Source: Candidatus Eiseniibacteriota bacterium (GTDB lineage: Bacteria; Eisenbacteria; RBG-16-71-46; CAZEPH01). From it: a stretch of 64,000 bases of DNA. Shown here piece after piece: positions 22,982 to 34,021 of this stretch. Position numbers and translations under genes: made by a program. Under the pieces are notes generated by a model. That model was not told the origin of the DNA and ran no database searches. It worked only from the letters and a program-made list of their open reading frames with translations. Positions within the stretch are counted from its first letter, which is position 1. Every line of letters starts with the position of its first letter. Where the stretch lies: NCBI GenBank assembly GCA_044229145.1, contig JBGATO010000004.1:44900-108899 (forward strand), in the 5' to 3' direction.

Positions 22982-23608
22982 ATGCGTAAGATTGGCATAT
23001 CGCTCGTCACCTGCGCGCTTTTCGTTGCCCCGGCAGTGGCCCTTGCAGGCGCCAATGCCGGGGCAACGGCATATCTCTCCTGGGCGGGGCGCTCGACGAG
23101 CGATCTTCCCTCGCCGGGCGCGACTCAAATCGTCAACGTGGTGTTCGACCGCGTGACGTCGTTCAAGGGTGGCGAGTTCGTCATCGTGTGGACACCTGAC
23201 ACCGGTTGCACGACCGGTTCGGGGATGGATTTGGCGAGTTATCGCGCCCCCACCGCATCGAAGGGCGCGTGCACGAATCTCAACCTTCCCGGGACCGAAG
23301 GGATCTCGGCCCTGGAGGTGTCGCGCGTTGCCGGCGTGGCGCACTACGCGTGGGCCTGCCCGACCGCGAATACCTCCTGCACGTCGGGTATCGGCTTCTC
23401 TCTCACCTTCGACTTCACCAGCTGCCCGAACGCCGGCGGCTGCATGGGACTGCAGGCCGTGCAGGTCATCGACGACAAGAATGAAATCGACACGGTGAGC
23501 ATCAAGGGCGATGGCCTCACCTTCCGCGGTGGCAGTGCGGGTGACTGCAGGCCTGGCCCCCGCGGACGCACCTGGGGCAAGATCAAGTCCATCTACGGTC
23601 GTCGCTAG
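22982..23608 (+). CDS. Secreted Cys-rich beta-sandwich (cohesin-like?) protein with C-terminal TWGKIKSIY motif
   Basis: ATG 22982 after GGAGA; signal peptide MRKIGISLVTCALFVAPAVALA; ends TWGKIKSIYGRR. Confidence 0.78.
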   Translation: MRKIGISLVTCALFVAPAVALAGANAGATAYLSWAGRSTSDLPSPGATQIVNVVFDRVTSFKGGEFVIVWTPDTGCTTGSGMDLASYRAPTASKGACTNLNLPGTEGISALEVSRVAGVAHYAWACPTANTSCTSGIGFSLTFDFTSCPNAGGCMGLQAVQVIDDKNEIDTVSIKGDGLTFRGGSAGDCRPGPRGRTWGKIKSIYGRR

Positions 23609-23653
23609 CGCGACGCTGCTGCCGCGTGCGCGGCGGCGTGGTAGGATGCCCCC

Positions 23654-25039
23654 ATGTCGTCGTCCGCCGTGGACGCTCCCCGCGTCCTCCTCGTCAATCC
23701 CGACACGGAAGAAGGCCGCTACCTCTACCTGGTGCTCGGCGACCGGGGCTTCGAGGTGTTGTGGGCGCACGATGGCGAGAGCGCGTTCGATGTCCTCGAC
23801 CGTGAACCGGTCGCCGCCGTCGTCAGCGAATTGCAGGCGCCGCGCATCGATGGCCTCCGCATCCTCGAAGTCGCCCGTGCCCGCAATCCCGCGGTCAGCG
23901 CGATCTTCCTCACCGCGTCCCCTTCGCTCGAGCGCACCACCGAGGCAATGCGGGCCGGCGCCTACGATGTCCAGACGCGCCCCGCCAACGTCGACAAGCT
24001 GCTCGCCGTTCTCGATCGCGGCATCAGCCACGAACGCCTGATCCACACGGTCAGCGACCTGCAATCACGGCTCGACGCGAAGTACGGCTTCGCCGGGTTG
24101 ACGGGGCGCTCCGCGCAGATGGTCGCGGTGTACGAACGGATTCGTCAGCTCGCCCCCACACGCGCCACCGTCCTCCTCGTCGGTGAGACTGGCACGGGGA
24201 AGGAACTCGTCGCGCAGGCGATCCACCAGAATTCCCCGCGCAAGGACGCCCCGTTCGTCAAGCTGCACTGCGCGGCGCTCGCGGAGGGCGTCATCGAGTC
24301 CGAATTGTTCGGGCACGAACGGGGTGCGTTCACCGGCGCGGTCTCGGCGCGCAAGGGACGATTCGAAATCGCCGATGGCGGCACCTTGCTGCTCGACGAA
24401 ATCAGTGAGATCACCCCTGCGATCCAGACCAAATTGCTGCGCGTATTGCAGGAACACGAATTCGAGCGCGTCGGGTCGAACCGGCCGGTGCGCGTGGACG
24501 TGCGCTTGATCGCGGCCACGAACCGCGACCTCGCCGACATGGTCGCCCTCGGCGCCTTCCGCGAGGATCTTTTCTATCGCCTCAACGTCGTGCGCGTCGA
24601 TCTGCCACCGCTGCGCGAGCGGCGTGAAGACGTCCCGCTCTTGGTCGACGCATTCGTGCGCGACGCCAACGCCGAGCACGAGAAGCAGGTGCGAGGCCTG
24701 ACGCGCGCGGCCATGGACGCATTGATGGCGCACTCCTGGCCCGGCAACGTGCGCGAACTGCGCAATTGCATCGAGGGCATGGTGGTTCTGGCCGGCGCGC
24801 GGCGCACGCTCGACGTCGGCGACTTGCCGCTCGCGCTGCGTCATGCACGCGAACCCGGATCCTTCAACGTCCGCATCGGCACGTCGTTGTCGGAGATCGA
24901 ACGTACCGCGATCGTCGAGACCTTGGTCGCGTGCGGACAGGACAAGCGCCGCGCGGCGCACACGTTGGGGATTGGGCTCAGCACGTTGTACCGCAAGCTG
25001 CACGAGTACGGACTCCACGACGCACTTCACTCCGCGTGA
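23654..25039 (+). CDS. NtrC-family sigma54-dependent activator (REC-AAA+-HTH) with atypical receiver
   Basis: GETGTGKE, ESELFGHERGAFTGA, LLLDEI, WPGNVREL, LGIGLSTLYRKL. Confidence 0.93.
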   Translation: MSSSAVDAPRVLLVNPDTEEGRYLYLVLGDRGFEVLWAHDGESAFDVLDREPVAAVVSELQAPRIDGLRILEVARARNPAVSAIFLTASPSLERTTEAMRAGAYDVQTRPANVDKLLAVLDRGISHERLIHTVSDLQSRLDAKYGFAGLTGRSAQMVAVYERIRQLAPTRATVLLVGETGTGKELVAQAIHQNSPRKDAPFVKLHCAALAEGVIESELFGHERGAFTGAVSARKGRFEIADGGTLLLDEISEITPAIQTKLLRVLQEHEFERVGSNRPVRVDVRLIAATNRDLADMVALGAFREDLFYRLNVVRVDLPPLRERREDVPLLVDAFVRDANAEHEKQVRGLTRAAMDALMAHSWPGNVRELRNCIEGMVVLAGARRTLDVGDLPLALRHAREPGSFNVRIGTSLSEIERTAIVETLVACGQDKRRAAHTLGIGLSTLYRKLHEYGLHDALHSA

Positions 25040-27126
25040 AAGCGCTCCTCACCGCCCTTCTCGTCCTGCTCGCCGCACCGGCCGTTGCCGCACCGGCCGA
25101 TGCCGTCCGTGCGGATTCACTGTGGGCAACCTTGCGCGCCTTGACCGGCGACGTGCCGGTGGCGCTCGACGACAGCACGGTCACGATCGACACACGCTTC
25201 ACGCCGACGGTCGGTTACGACCGCGCGGCGCGCTTCCTCGCCGCGCGCTGTGCAGCCTGGGGCTACACCGTGTCCCGGGAGTACTTCGTCCCGGCAACGT
25301 TGACGGCGCTGGACATCCGGCCGACGTCGGCCTGGGTGGCCGGCCTGCCAGTGAGTTCGGCGCCTCCTACCCTCGCGCGCTCGCGCGACGGCGGCGACAC
25401 GTGGCTGTCGGCTCCAACTCCACCGCCGCTGTCGCGCATCTTCGCCGTCCTCGGCGGGGGCGGCGACACCGTCGTGGTCGCGGGTGCCACCGTCGACGAT
25501 GACAGCAGCGCGGTCGCGTGGAGCCCCGACGGTGGGCACACGTGGGATGCGCAGAGCGACCGGCCGGGCGTGTTCTACGCGATGACACGCGCGGGATCCC
25601 GCACCTGGGTGTGCGGCGAGAACGGCGCGATCCTGATCAGCGATGACGGCGGCCGGACGTGGTTGCGCGAGACCGTGCCCGCCTCCGGCACGATCTACGG
25701 CATCGCGGCGGCCAACGACAGCACCGTGTGGGCGGTCGGCGCGGCGGGCACGGTGTTGCGTCGGAGCGGAACGCCGGGCGCGTGGCACACCGTGGCACTC
25801 GGATTCGTCGACGCGTTGCGTGCGGTGACGTTCGCCGACTCCCGGCATGGATGGATCGTCGGCACCAATGGGATCACCACGTCGACACGCGACGGAGGCG
25901 CGACGTGGACGTTGAGCGGTGTCGGCAACGCGGTGCTCACAACGGTCGTCGCGCGCGACAGCCAGACGGTGTTCGCCGCTGGCTTTTCCGGCGCGTTTCT
26001 GCGGAGCACGTCCGGCGGCCAGCAATGGACGAGCGTGGCGAGCGGCACCACCGGCGACCTCTACTCGCTCGCGCTCGGCGGGGCGCAGGGTGACAGCCTG
26101 TGGCAAGCCGGGAGACAGCGGCTCGCGGTATCGGCGGATGCCGGCTCCATGTGGAGCACGCGGAATTCTGCGTTGCAGTCGGGATGGTTCTCCTTGGTCG
26201 CGGCGCGCCCGGGCACAGCACCCGCGAGCGGCAGCGTGCTGCTGTGCGGCCATCTCGACTCGCACTCCGAAACTCCGTGGACGCGTGCCCCCGGCGCGGA
26301 CGACAACGCGAGCGGCAGCGCGTTGCTGCTCGAGGTCGCACGCGTCCTCGCCGTGCCCGCCACGCCGCGCGCTCTGCACGTCGTGTGGTTTGGGGGCGAA
26401 GAAGACGGTCTGTTGGGATCCACGGCGCGCGCCGCGGAACAGCGGGCCGCGCACGATTCGCTCGCGTTGGTCGTCGACTGCGACGAGGTCGGGCGCGGGA
26501 CGTCGATGACCGTGTACGGCAACGCGCTCTCCGCCCCCGATCTCGACTCCGTCGTCGCGATTGCCACGCGTGCTGCGCCGAACCTGCCATTGCTCGCCGC
26601 GGTGGACCCAACGTATCGCGGCAGCGATCAGGCGCCGTATTGGGATCAAGGTTATCACGCCGTCTCCTTCGTCGAGTCGGCGTGGCGCGACAACCACGAC
26701 ATCGAATCGACGCGCGATTCGCTTGGCGCGGTCGACACCAGCTTGGTCGTGCGGCTGGCGCGCGTGGTGGCGGAGGTGGCTGCCGCTTATCTCTCGCCTG
26801 CGTCGACCGCCGCGCCGGAACTACCGCCGGACGCCACCAGTCCGTCCGCGGCAGGCCGCGTCACGGCGCTGACGATTCGCCGCATGGCCATGCGCGCGAC
26901 CGTGTCGGTCCCGTACGCGACGCAGGCGACTTTGACGCTCTTCGATCCGCGTGGGCGACGCGTCGGCACCGTGTCCGGAGTTCCGCTGCGTGCCGGGACA
27001 CACACGCTGGATGTCCCGATCGACGTTCACGCCGCACGCGGCGTGTATCTCTGGCGACTCGACGCCGCAGACGATGCCCCGCAGCGTTGCACGACGACAT
27101 CCGGACGCGCGGTGGCCATTCGCTGA
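25036..27126 (+). CDS. Secreted M28-family peptidase with inserted YCF48/BNR propeller and FlgD-like tail
   Basis: GTG overlapping the upstream stop; signal peptide; SxDGGxTW repeats; GHLDS, GADDNASG, GEEDGLLGS. Confidence 0.85.
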   Translation: MKALLTALLVLLAAPAVAAPADAVRADSLWATLRALTGDVPVALDDSTVTIDTRFTPTVGYDRAARFLAARCAAWGYTVSREYFVPATLTALDIRPTSAWVAGLPVSSAPPTLARSRDGGDTWLSAPTPPPLSRIFAVLGGGGDTVVVAGATVDDDSSAVAWSPDGGHTWDAQSDRPGVFYAMTRAGSRTWVCGENGAILISDDGGRTWLRETVPASGTIYGIAAANDSTVWAVGAAGTVLRRSGTPGAWHTVALGFVDALRAVTFADSRHGWIVGTNGITTSTRDGGATWTLSGVGNAVLTTVVARDSQTVFAAGFSGAFLRSTSGGQQWTSVASGTTGDLYSLALGGAQGDSLWQAGRQRLAVSADAGSMWSTRNSALQSGWFSLVAARPGTAPASGSVLLCGHLDSHSETPWTRAPGADDNASGSALLLEVARVLAVPATPRALHVVWFGGEEDGLLGSTARAAEQRAAHDSLALVVDCDEVGRGTSMTVYGNALSAPDLDSVVAIATRAAPNLPLLAAVDPTYRGSDQAPYWDQGYHAVSFVESAWRDNHDIESTRDSLGAVDTSLVVRLARVVAEVAAAYLSPASTAAPELPPDATSPSAAGRVTALTIRRMAMRATVSVPYATQATLTLFDPRGRRVGTVSGVPLRAGTHTLDVPIDVHAARGVYLWRLDAADDAPQRCTTTSGRAVAIR

Positions 27127-27163
27127 ACCCGGCGGCCGTTCCATCACGGAGGAGGACAGAACG

Positions 27164-28990
27164 ATGATTCGACGACGGCGACAGGGTGCAGGGCTCGCCA
27201 CGGCGTGGGCGATGCTGGCGATGTGCGTGATGCCGGCGGCCGCGCGCGCGGAGGGCGAACCCGGCACGCCCAAATATGCCGCCACCGTGAAACTGCGGAG
27301 CGTGTCGCTGCGCGCCCTCGACGCGCTGTGGCAGCAAGCGCCGGTGTCCGCGACCTCGCTCGGCGTGCACCGCTACGACGACCGCATGGCAAGCTACGCG
27401 GCGCCGGCACGTAGTGCGCAGTTGGCGCAGCTCGCGGCACTCACTTCGCAAGTTCGCGCCATTTCCCCCGCCGTGCTCGCCCCCAACGATCGCGCGGATC
27501 GCGACCTCATCCTCGCCAACCTCGAGGACCGTCGACTCGATCTCGCGGACGTCAAGCAGTGGTCGTGGGATCCGCTGCTGTACACCGAAGAGTGCGTGAA
27601 CGGGCTCTACTACCTCACGCTGCGACAAGGCACGCCGGTGCGCAAGCGAGCGACGGCGGCAATGAAACGTCTGCAGCAAATCCCGCGGCTGCTCGCCGAA
27701 ATGCGCACCAACGTCACGGCGCCGCCGGCGCTGCTCGCAAGTTCGGCGGCCGAACAACTCGACGCGGGCATCGGCTTTCTGCGCGCGCTGGACGAAGCAG
27801 ACGCGCCGCTGCTCGCGTCGGTCAAGCCGGCCGCGCGCGCGCAGGCCATCGACGCCGCGTGTGTCGCGATGCGCGAGGCCGCGACTGCGCTGCGCGTGCA
27901 CGCGGCGCGAGGCGGCGCCTACGCGGCGATGGGCCGCGCGACCTACGAAGCCAAGATGCGCAGCGTGCACTTTCTACCCTTCGACTCGGACAGCTTGATC
28001 CGTCTCGGCGAGCGCGTCCTGCGACAAACGCAAACCGAATACGACGCGCTCAGCGCCGCGCGCGCCAGCGAGTCGCAATGGCTGCCCGCCGCGCCTGTGG
28101 GGCAGGATCCCCCGGCACCCTCGTCGTTCAATCGCAGCAGCATCCTCGCAGCCTACCGCGCGGAAATCGCCGACGTGCGGCGTTTCATCGAGGACAAAGG
28201 ACTGGTGACGATTCCGCGCGACATCGGCGATCTCGTCCCGGTCGAAGTGCCGCAGTTCATGCGACCGATCACGCCGGGCATCGCGATGGAGCCGGCCGCG
28301 CCCTTCGAAGCGCCGTTTCCGGGCGACCGCACGATGGATCCGTATCAGCGAGCGCTGGTGACCCGCGGCACATTCTACGTACGGCCGATTCCGGATTCGC
28401 TCACCGACGCGGAACGGCAGGCAGCCTACAGCCGCATGCTGCATCACGGATTCCGCGGCGGCGTCGTCCACGAAGGATATCCCGGCCATCATCTGCAAAC
28501 GTCGCTCGCCAATCGCGTCATCGATCCGGTGCGCCGCGCGCAGACGTGTAGCAGCTTCAGCGAAGGCTGGGCGTTGTACTGCGAAGAACTCATGCAACGC
28601 AATCGCCTGAGCGACGATGCTGATGCGCGCATCAACATGCTGCGCGGACTGCGCTTCCGTGCGTGCCGCGTGATCGTCGACGCGAAGTTGCAGCGCGGGG
28701 ACATGAGCACCGACGACGCCGTGCGCTTCCTGCACGACGCCGCCGGTTCGGACTCGGCGTTCGCCAGCGGGGAGGTGGCGCGCTACTGCCACCAGCCGTT
28801 GCAGGCGCTCTCGTATCTTGTCGGCAAGGAGATGATCGTCGACCTGCGCGAGCGCTACCGCGCGCGCCACGCGAGCGACTTCACGTTGCGCGGCTTTCAC
28901 GACGCGCTCCTGGCGGTGGGGACGATTCCGGTGCCGCTCGCCGCGCAACTCCTGCTCACCGACGTCCCCGCGGTGAAGTCGGCGCGCTAG
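27164..28990 (+). CDS. DUF885 family exported protein
   Basis: GGAGGAGG RBS; signal peptide; HEGYPGHHLQ, FSEGWALYCE, QALSYLVG, FHDALL. Confidence 0.9.
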   Translation: MIRRRRQGAGLATAWAMLAMCVMPAAARAEGEPGTPKYAATVKLRSVSLRALDALWQQAPVSATSLGVHRYDDRMASYAAPARSAQLAQLAALTSQVRAISPAVLAPNDRADRDLILANLEDRRLDLADVKQWSWDPLLYTEECVNGLYYLTLRQGTPVRKRATAAMKRLQQIPRLLAEMRTNVTAPPALLASSAAEQLDAGIGFLRALDEADAPLLASVKPAARAQAIDAACVAMREAATALRVHAARGGAYAAMGRATYEAKMRSVHFLPFDSDSLIRLGERVLRQTQTEYDALSAARASESQWLPAAPVGQDPPAPSSFNRSSILAAYRAEIADVRRFIEDKGLVTIPRDIGDLVPVEVPQFMRPITPGIAMEPAAPFEAPFPGDRTMDPYQRALVTRGTFYVRPIPDSLTDAERQAAYSRMLHHGFRGGVVHEGYPGHHLQTSLANRVIDPVRRAQTCSSFSEGWALYCEELMQRNRLSDDADARINMLRGLRFRACRVIVDAKLQRGDMSTDDAVRFLHDAAGSDSAFASGEVARYCHQPLQALSYLVGKEMIVDLRERYRARHASDFTLRGFHDALLAVGTIPVPLAAQLLLTDVPAVKSAR

Positions 28991-29010
28991 CCAAAAGCAC
29001 CCAAACGACA

Positions 29011-29044
29011 CGGGGCGAGCGCCGCATGGCGCCCGCCCCGTTTT
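29011..29044. terminator. Probable bidirectional terminator between the convergent DUF885 and OmpA genes
   Basis: CGGGGCGAGCGCC-GCAT-GGCGCCCGCCCCG followed by TTTT. Confidence 0.6.
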
Positions 29045-29089
29045 CGTTGCCGGGCGGAGAGCAATCATGCTCCCCGCCCTCACGTCTCG

Positions 29090-30439
29090 TTACTTCGCCT
29101 CGAACTCGTCGCGGCGGTTCTTGTCACGGCCTTCCTGCGTGCTGTTGTCAGCGGCCGGCTTGGTTTCACCGTCGCCCACCATCGTCAACCGCGACGCCGG
29201 CACGCCGTTCTTGATAAGCCAGTCGTAGGCAACCTTGGCGCGGCGGTCCGACAGCTTCTGGTTGTACTCGTCGGTGCCGATCCAGTCGGTGTTGCCGTGG
29301 ATGACGATCATCTTGTCCGGGTTCGACTTGATGTAGTCCAAGTTGCGCTTCATCACCGGCACGTCGACGGCGCGAACCGCGAACTTGTTGAAGTCGAAGT
29401 AGATCGGCTCGAGGTACTTGCCTTCCTCGACGGCCGGCGCGGGCGGCGGCGGCGGCGGCGGACAGCCGTTCGCATCCACCGTGGTGCCAGCCGGCGTGTT
29501 CGGGCACTGGTCGAGACCGTCGAACACGCCGTCACCGTCGCTGTCCTTCGGGCAGCCAGTAGCGTCCACCCACGCGCCCTTCGGCGTGTTCGGGCAGGTG
29601 TCGATGCCGTCGCAGACACCATCGCCATCGCTGTCCTTCGGGCAGCCCTGCGCGTCGACGATGCAGCCGTTCTGCGTGTCCGGACACTGGTCGATGCCGT
29701 CGAACACGCCATCGCCGTCGGTGTCCTTCGGGCAGCCGTGCTCATCGACGATCGCGCCCTTCGGCGTGTCGGGGCACTTGTCGTTCACGTCGGCCACGCC
29801 GTCCCCATCGCTGTCCTTCGCGTGCAACGGCGAGGTCATGAGCGCAAGCGCGGCGCCGACGCTCCAGTACGTGTTGGCGCGGTCGCCGTTCCCGATCATG
29901 TCCGAGGTGTTGTGCTTGTTGATCCAGTGATACTTCGCGCCGAGGTCGAGCAGCGCGTGCTTCGCCAGACCCCACTGCAAACCGGCACCGCCGGTCCACG
30001 AGAAGTCGGTTCCGCCGTTGGTGCGCGTGTCGCCGGTGAAGGCGCGCCACACCGTGGTGCCGGCGCTTCCCTCGAGGTACGGCGTGAACGTCTTGGCGCC
30101 GAGGAAGCGGTAGTCGAGACCGGCCTCGTACGGCATCACGAGTCCGCGCTTGCCGTCGTCCCCCGTGGTCGCGCCCGGGTTGTCGTCACGGCTCCAGCCG
30201 CGGTTCGCCCCCCCGAACACCAACCACTTGGAACTGAGACCGTAAGAGAGCCGTCCGCCGTAGAACGGGCCCATCTTCGCCTTGATGTCGCTCGAGTCCG
30301 GCATGATTTGCATGCCGCCGTAGGAGCCACTGAGCAACAGGCGATTCGTCATGTCTTGCGCGACGGCCGACGCGGCAAGAATCGCCACCAGCGTGGTGGC
30401 AAGGGTAAGCTGCAGCCACCGGGCCTTCCGGACCATCAT
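29090..30439 (-). CDS. OmpA-family outer membrane protein (beta-barrel + thrombospondin type 3 repeats + OmpA_C)
   Basis: Signal peptide; four DxDGDGVxDxxDxCPxT repeats; poly-Pro linker; IYFDFNK, GNTD...YNQKLSDRRA, NRR. Confidence 0.94.
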   Translation of the reverse strand: MMVRKARWLQLTLATTLVAILAASAVAQDMTNRLLLSGSYGGMQIMPDSSDIKAKMGPFYGGRLSYGLSSKWLVFGGANRGWSRDDNPGATTGDDGKRGLVMPYEAGLDYRFLGAKTFTPYLEGSAGTTVWRAFTGDTRTNGGTDFSWTGGAGLQWGLAKHALLDLGAKYHWINKHNTSDMIGNGDRANTYWSVGAALALMTSPLHAKDSDGDGVADVNDKCPDTPKGAIVDEHGCPKDTDGDGVFDGIDQCPDTQNGCIVDAQGCPKDSDGDGVCDGIDTCPNTPKGAWVDATGCPKDSDGDGVFDGLDQCPNTPAGTTVDANGCPPPPPPPAPAVEEGKYLEPIYFDFNKFAVRAVDVPVMKRNLDYIKSNPDKMIVIHGNTDWIGTDEYNQKLSDRRAKVAYDWLIKNGVPASRLTMVGDGETKPAADNSTQEGRDKNRRDEFEAK

Positions 30440-30506
30440 GGCCTCCTCAACGTATGAAAGTGTGTCGCGCCGCGCGAGTGTGGCAGGCGCGCGTAAGTGG
30501 CGGGGA

Positions 30507-30536
30507 ACACTAGCATCGGAGAAAAAGACGGGTCAA
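30507..30536 (-). promoter_or_regulatory. Putative sigma70 promoter of the OmpA gene
   Basis: TTGACC-N18-TAGTGT with TGn extended -10. Confidence 0.55.
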
Positions 30537-30769
30537 GAAGTTCCCCGTTTCGGCCTGGCATCGCGCCTTCTCGTTTTGGGAATCACATGATTCGAGGCCA
30601 CGCGTTACCGATCTGGTTGCCCCATCGTTCGTTGTCGCGCGGCCCGCGGCCGCAGACAACCACGGGCATTGCCATTATGGGAATCCTCCAACGCCGCAGA
30701 CACGAATCCGAGTCGCCAGCTGAGTGACAATCGATATGCCTGCAATCACTTACGAAAACACACAGGAGC

Positions 30770-30784
30770 TGGCCCTCTCATTGC
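30770..30784 (+). promoter_or_regulatory. Possible sigma54 -24/-12 element (or degenerate CIRCE half-site) upstream of groES
   Basis: TGGCCC-TCTCA-TTGC (GG-N10-GC). Confidence 0.4.
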
Positions 30785-30883
30785 GAGAATCCACGCCAGC
30801 CACGAACACGCGCGCCGGCTCACGGCCGGTGCGCCGAGCAAACCAGGGCGAGGGACGTTTCCCGTCCACACGGAGGATGTGAC

Positions 30884-31192
30884 ATGGCAACCAGCACCAG
30901 CGTGAAGATCACGCCGCTCCAGGACCGCCTCCTGGTCAAGCGGATCGAGGAAGCGGAAGTCGTGCGCGGCGGCATCATCATTCCGGACTCCGCGAAGGAG
31001 AAGCCGCAGGAAGCGCAGGTCGTGGCCACCGGCCCGGGCCGCGTGAGCGAGGACGGCACGCGCCTTCCGATGACGGTGAAGGCCGGCGACCGCATTCTCA
31101 TCGGCAAGTACAGCGGGACCGAGGTGAAGATCGACGGCGAGGACTACCTGATCGTCCGCGAGGACGACGTGCTCGCGACCCTCGAAGGCTAG
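30884..31192 (+). CDS. groES: Co-chaperonin GroES
   Basis: [32 protein letters not shown]. Confidence 0.98.
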   Translation: MATSTSVKITPLQDRLLVKRIEEAEVVRGGIIIPDSAKEKPQEAQVVATGPGRVSEDGTRLPMTVKAGDRILIGKYSGTEVKIDGEDYLIVREDDVLATLEG

Positions 31193-31246
31193 TCGCATCC
31201 GCGAGGCCGCGTGTGCGGCCCGGATGCCATCCAAGGAGAATCCTGA

Positions 31247-32881
<1,635 letters not shown>

Positions 32882-32911
32882 GCCAGCCGCGCTTCACCGT
32901 CGTACAGCACG

Positions 32912-32941
32912 CGGGCGGCGATCCTTCGGGGTCGCCGCCCG
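32912..32941. terminator. Stem-loop after groEL
   Basis: CGGGCGGCGATCC-TTCG-GGGTCGCCGCCCG between convergent genes; weak U tract. Confidence 0.6.
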
Positions 32942-32990
32942 TCGTCGTGTGGGGACGGCATTCCGTTCTGCCCCAGGCGCGGCGGCGTCA

Positions 32991-33557
32991 TCAGCCAACC
33001 GCGCGCAGCGCGAGGTAACACACGGCGACGGATGTCGTGTCGCGGATCGCGCCGTCGCGCAGCAGCGCCTCGAGTTCGTCGCGCCGCACGGACTGCACTT
33101 CGATGGCCTCCGCCGGATCCCACCGCGGCGCGCCTTCGAGCGTCACGCCGCGCGCCACGAAGGCGCGCGCGCGTACGTTCGACTTGGCCGGCGACGCGTA
33201 GAGCTCTCCGAGCGACGACCACTCGCCGCCGGCGTAGCCCGTCTCCTCGCGCAGCTCGCGCCGCGCCGCCGCCTCCGGCGAGGCGTCCTGCGGGTCGATG
33301 ATGCCGGCCGGCAACTCGAGCACGATCTCGCGGATGCCGTGCTTGTACTGCCGCACCAGCAGCACGCGCTGGTCGGTGGTTTCCGCGAAGACGATGGCGA
33401 ACTCCGGTCCGTCGAACGAGAAGTACTCGAGCGGGTCGGCCCCCGGAGCGGGGATGCACACGTCGCGGCGCACCCGCGCCCACGGATGGTCGAAGGCGAG
33501 CGACGACTCGCGCACCTCCCAGGCGCGCACGGGACGAGATGGCTGATGATCGGTCAT
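32991..33557 (-). CDS. NUDIX hydrolase (ADP-ribose pyrophosphatase-like)
   Basis: VLLVRQYK, LELPAG...EAAARRELREETG Nudix box. Confidence 0.92.
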   Translation of the reverse strand: MTDHQPSRPVRAWEVRESSLAFDHPWARVRRDVCIPAPGADPLEYFSFDGPEFAIVFAETTDQRVLLVRQYKHGIREIVLELPAGIIDPQDASPEAAARRELREETGYAGGEWSSLGELYASPAKSNVRARAFVARGVTLEGAPRWDPAEAIEVQSVRRDELEALLRDGAIRDTTSVAVCYLALRAVG

Positions 33558-33566
33558 CCGTGCAGG

Positions 33567-33785
33567 CTAGCGGATGTGTCCCTGCGCGCGGAACCCTTCC
33601 ACGTAGCGCGCCGCGCCGCGGCCCTCCCATTCGGCGTTGAGCATGCGGTAGCCGTGGATCTTCCATGCGGGAAACTTGCGGTGGTCGCAGACGGTGCGGC
33701 ACCCATGCCAGCAGATGAGCCCGTCCCCGAAGAGACGGCGAAGGAACGCGGGCGTGAAGTAGTCGACTCGCGTGACGTCCATCAT
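33567..33785 (-). CDS. Small hypothetical protein (72 aa)
   Basis: ATG after GAGG, good upstream promoter, stop about 10 bp before the NUDIX start; no recognisable domain. Confidence 0.55.
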   Translation of the reverse strand: MMDVTRVDYFTPAFLRRLFGDGLICWHGCRTVCDHRKFPAWKIHGYRMLNAEWEGRGAARYVEGFRAQGHIR

Positions 33786-33840
33786 GTACCTCGTAACAGC
33801 TTCAGGCCCGGACGACCACCCATCCGAGCGACGGAATCCC

Positions 33841-33870
33841 ACGATACTGCACATGCGAGCAGTATGTCAA
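33841..33870 (-). promoter_or_regulatory. Sigma70 promoter with overlapping palindromic operator
   Basis: TTGACA-N18-TATCGT; ATACTGC-N8-GCAGTAT inverted repeat at 33844-33865. Confidence 0.6.
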
Positions 33871-34021
33871 GGACGATTGCCAGGCCCGCCGCGCGCCGCG
33901 CACAATCCGATGATCCCGGGCGACCTGCGCCGACGCCGAGCGCGCTCGCCCCTGCACCCTCGGCGAGGACGGAGCGGCCATTCCCACCCCAGCACGATCC
34001 GATCGTACCGCTAAGCGACTG

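Noticed and set aside
29460..29830. Regularly spaced GTCCTTCGGGCAGCC-type repeats as a CRISPR array
   Set aside because: They are coding thrombospondin type 3 repeats within the OmpA gene, and there are no cas genes.
30769..30795. Intact CIRCE element upstream of groES
   Set aside because: Only the left arm resembles the consensus and the right arm is not a convincing inverted repeat.
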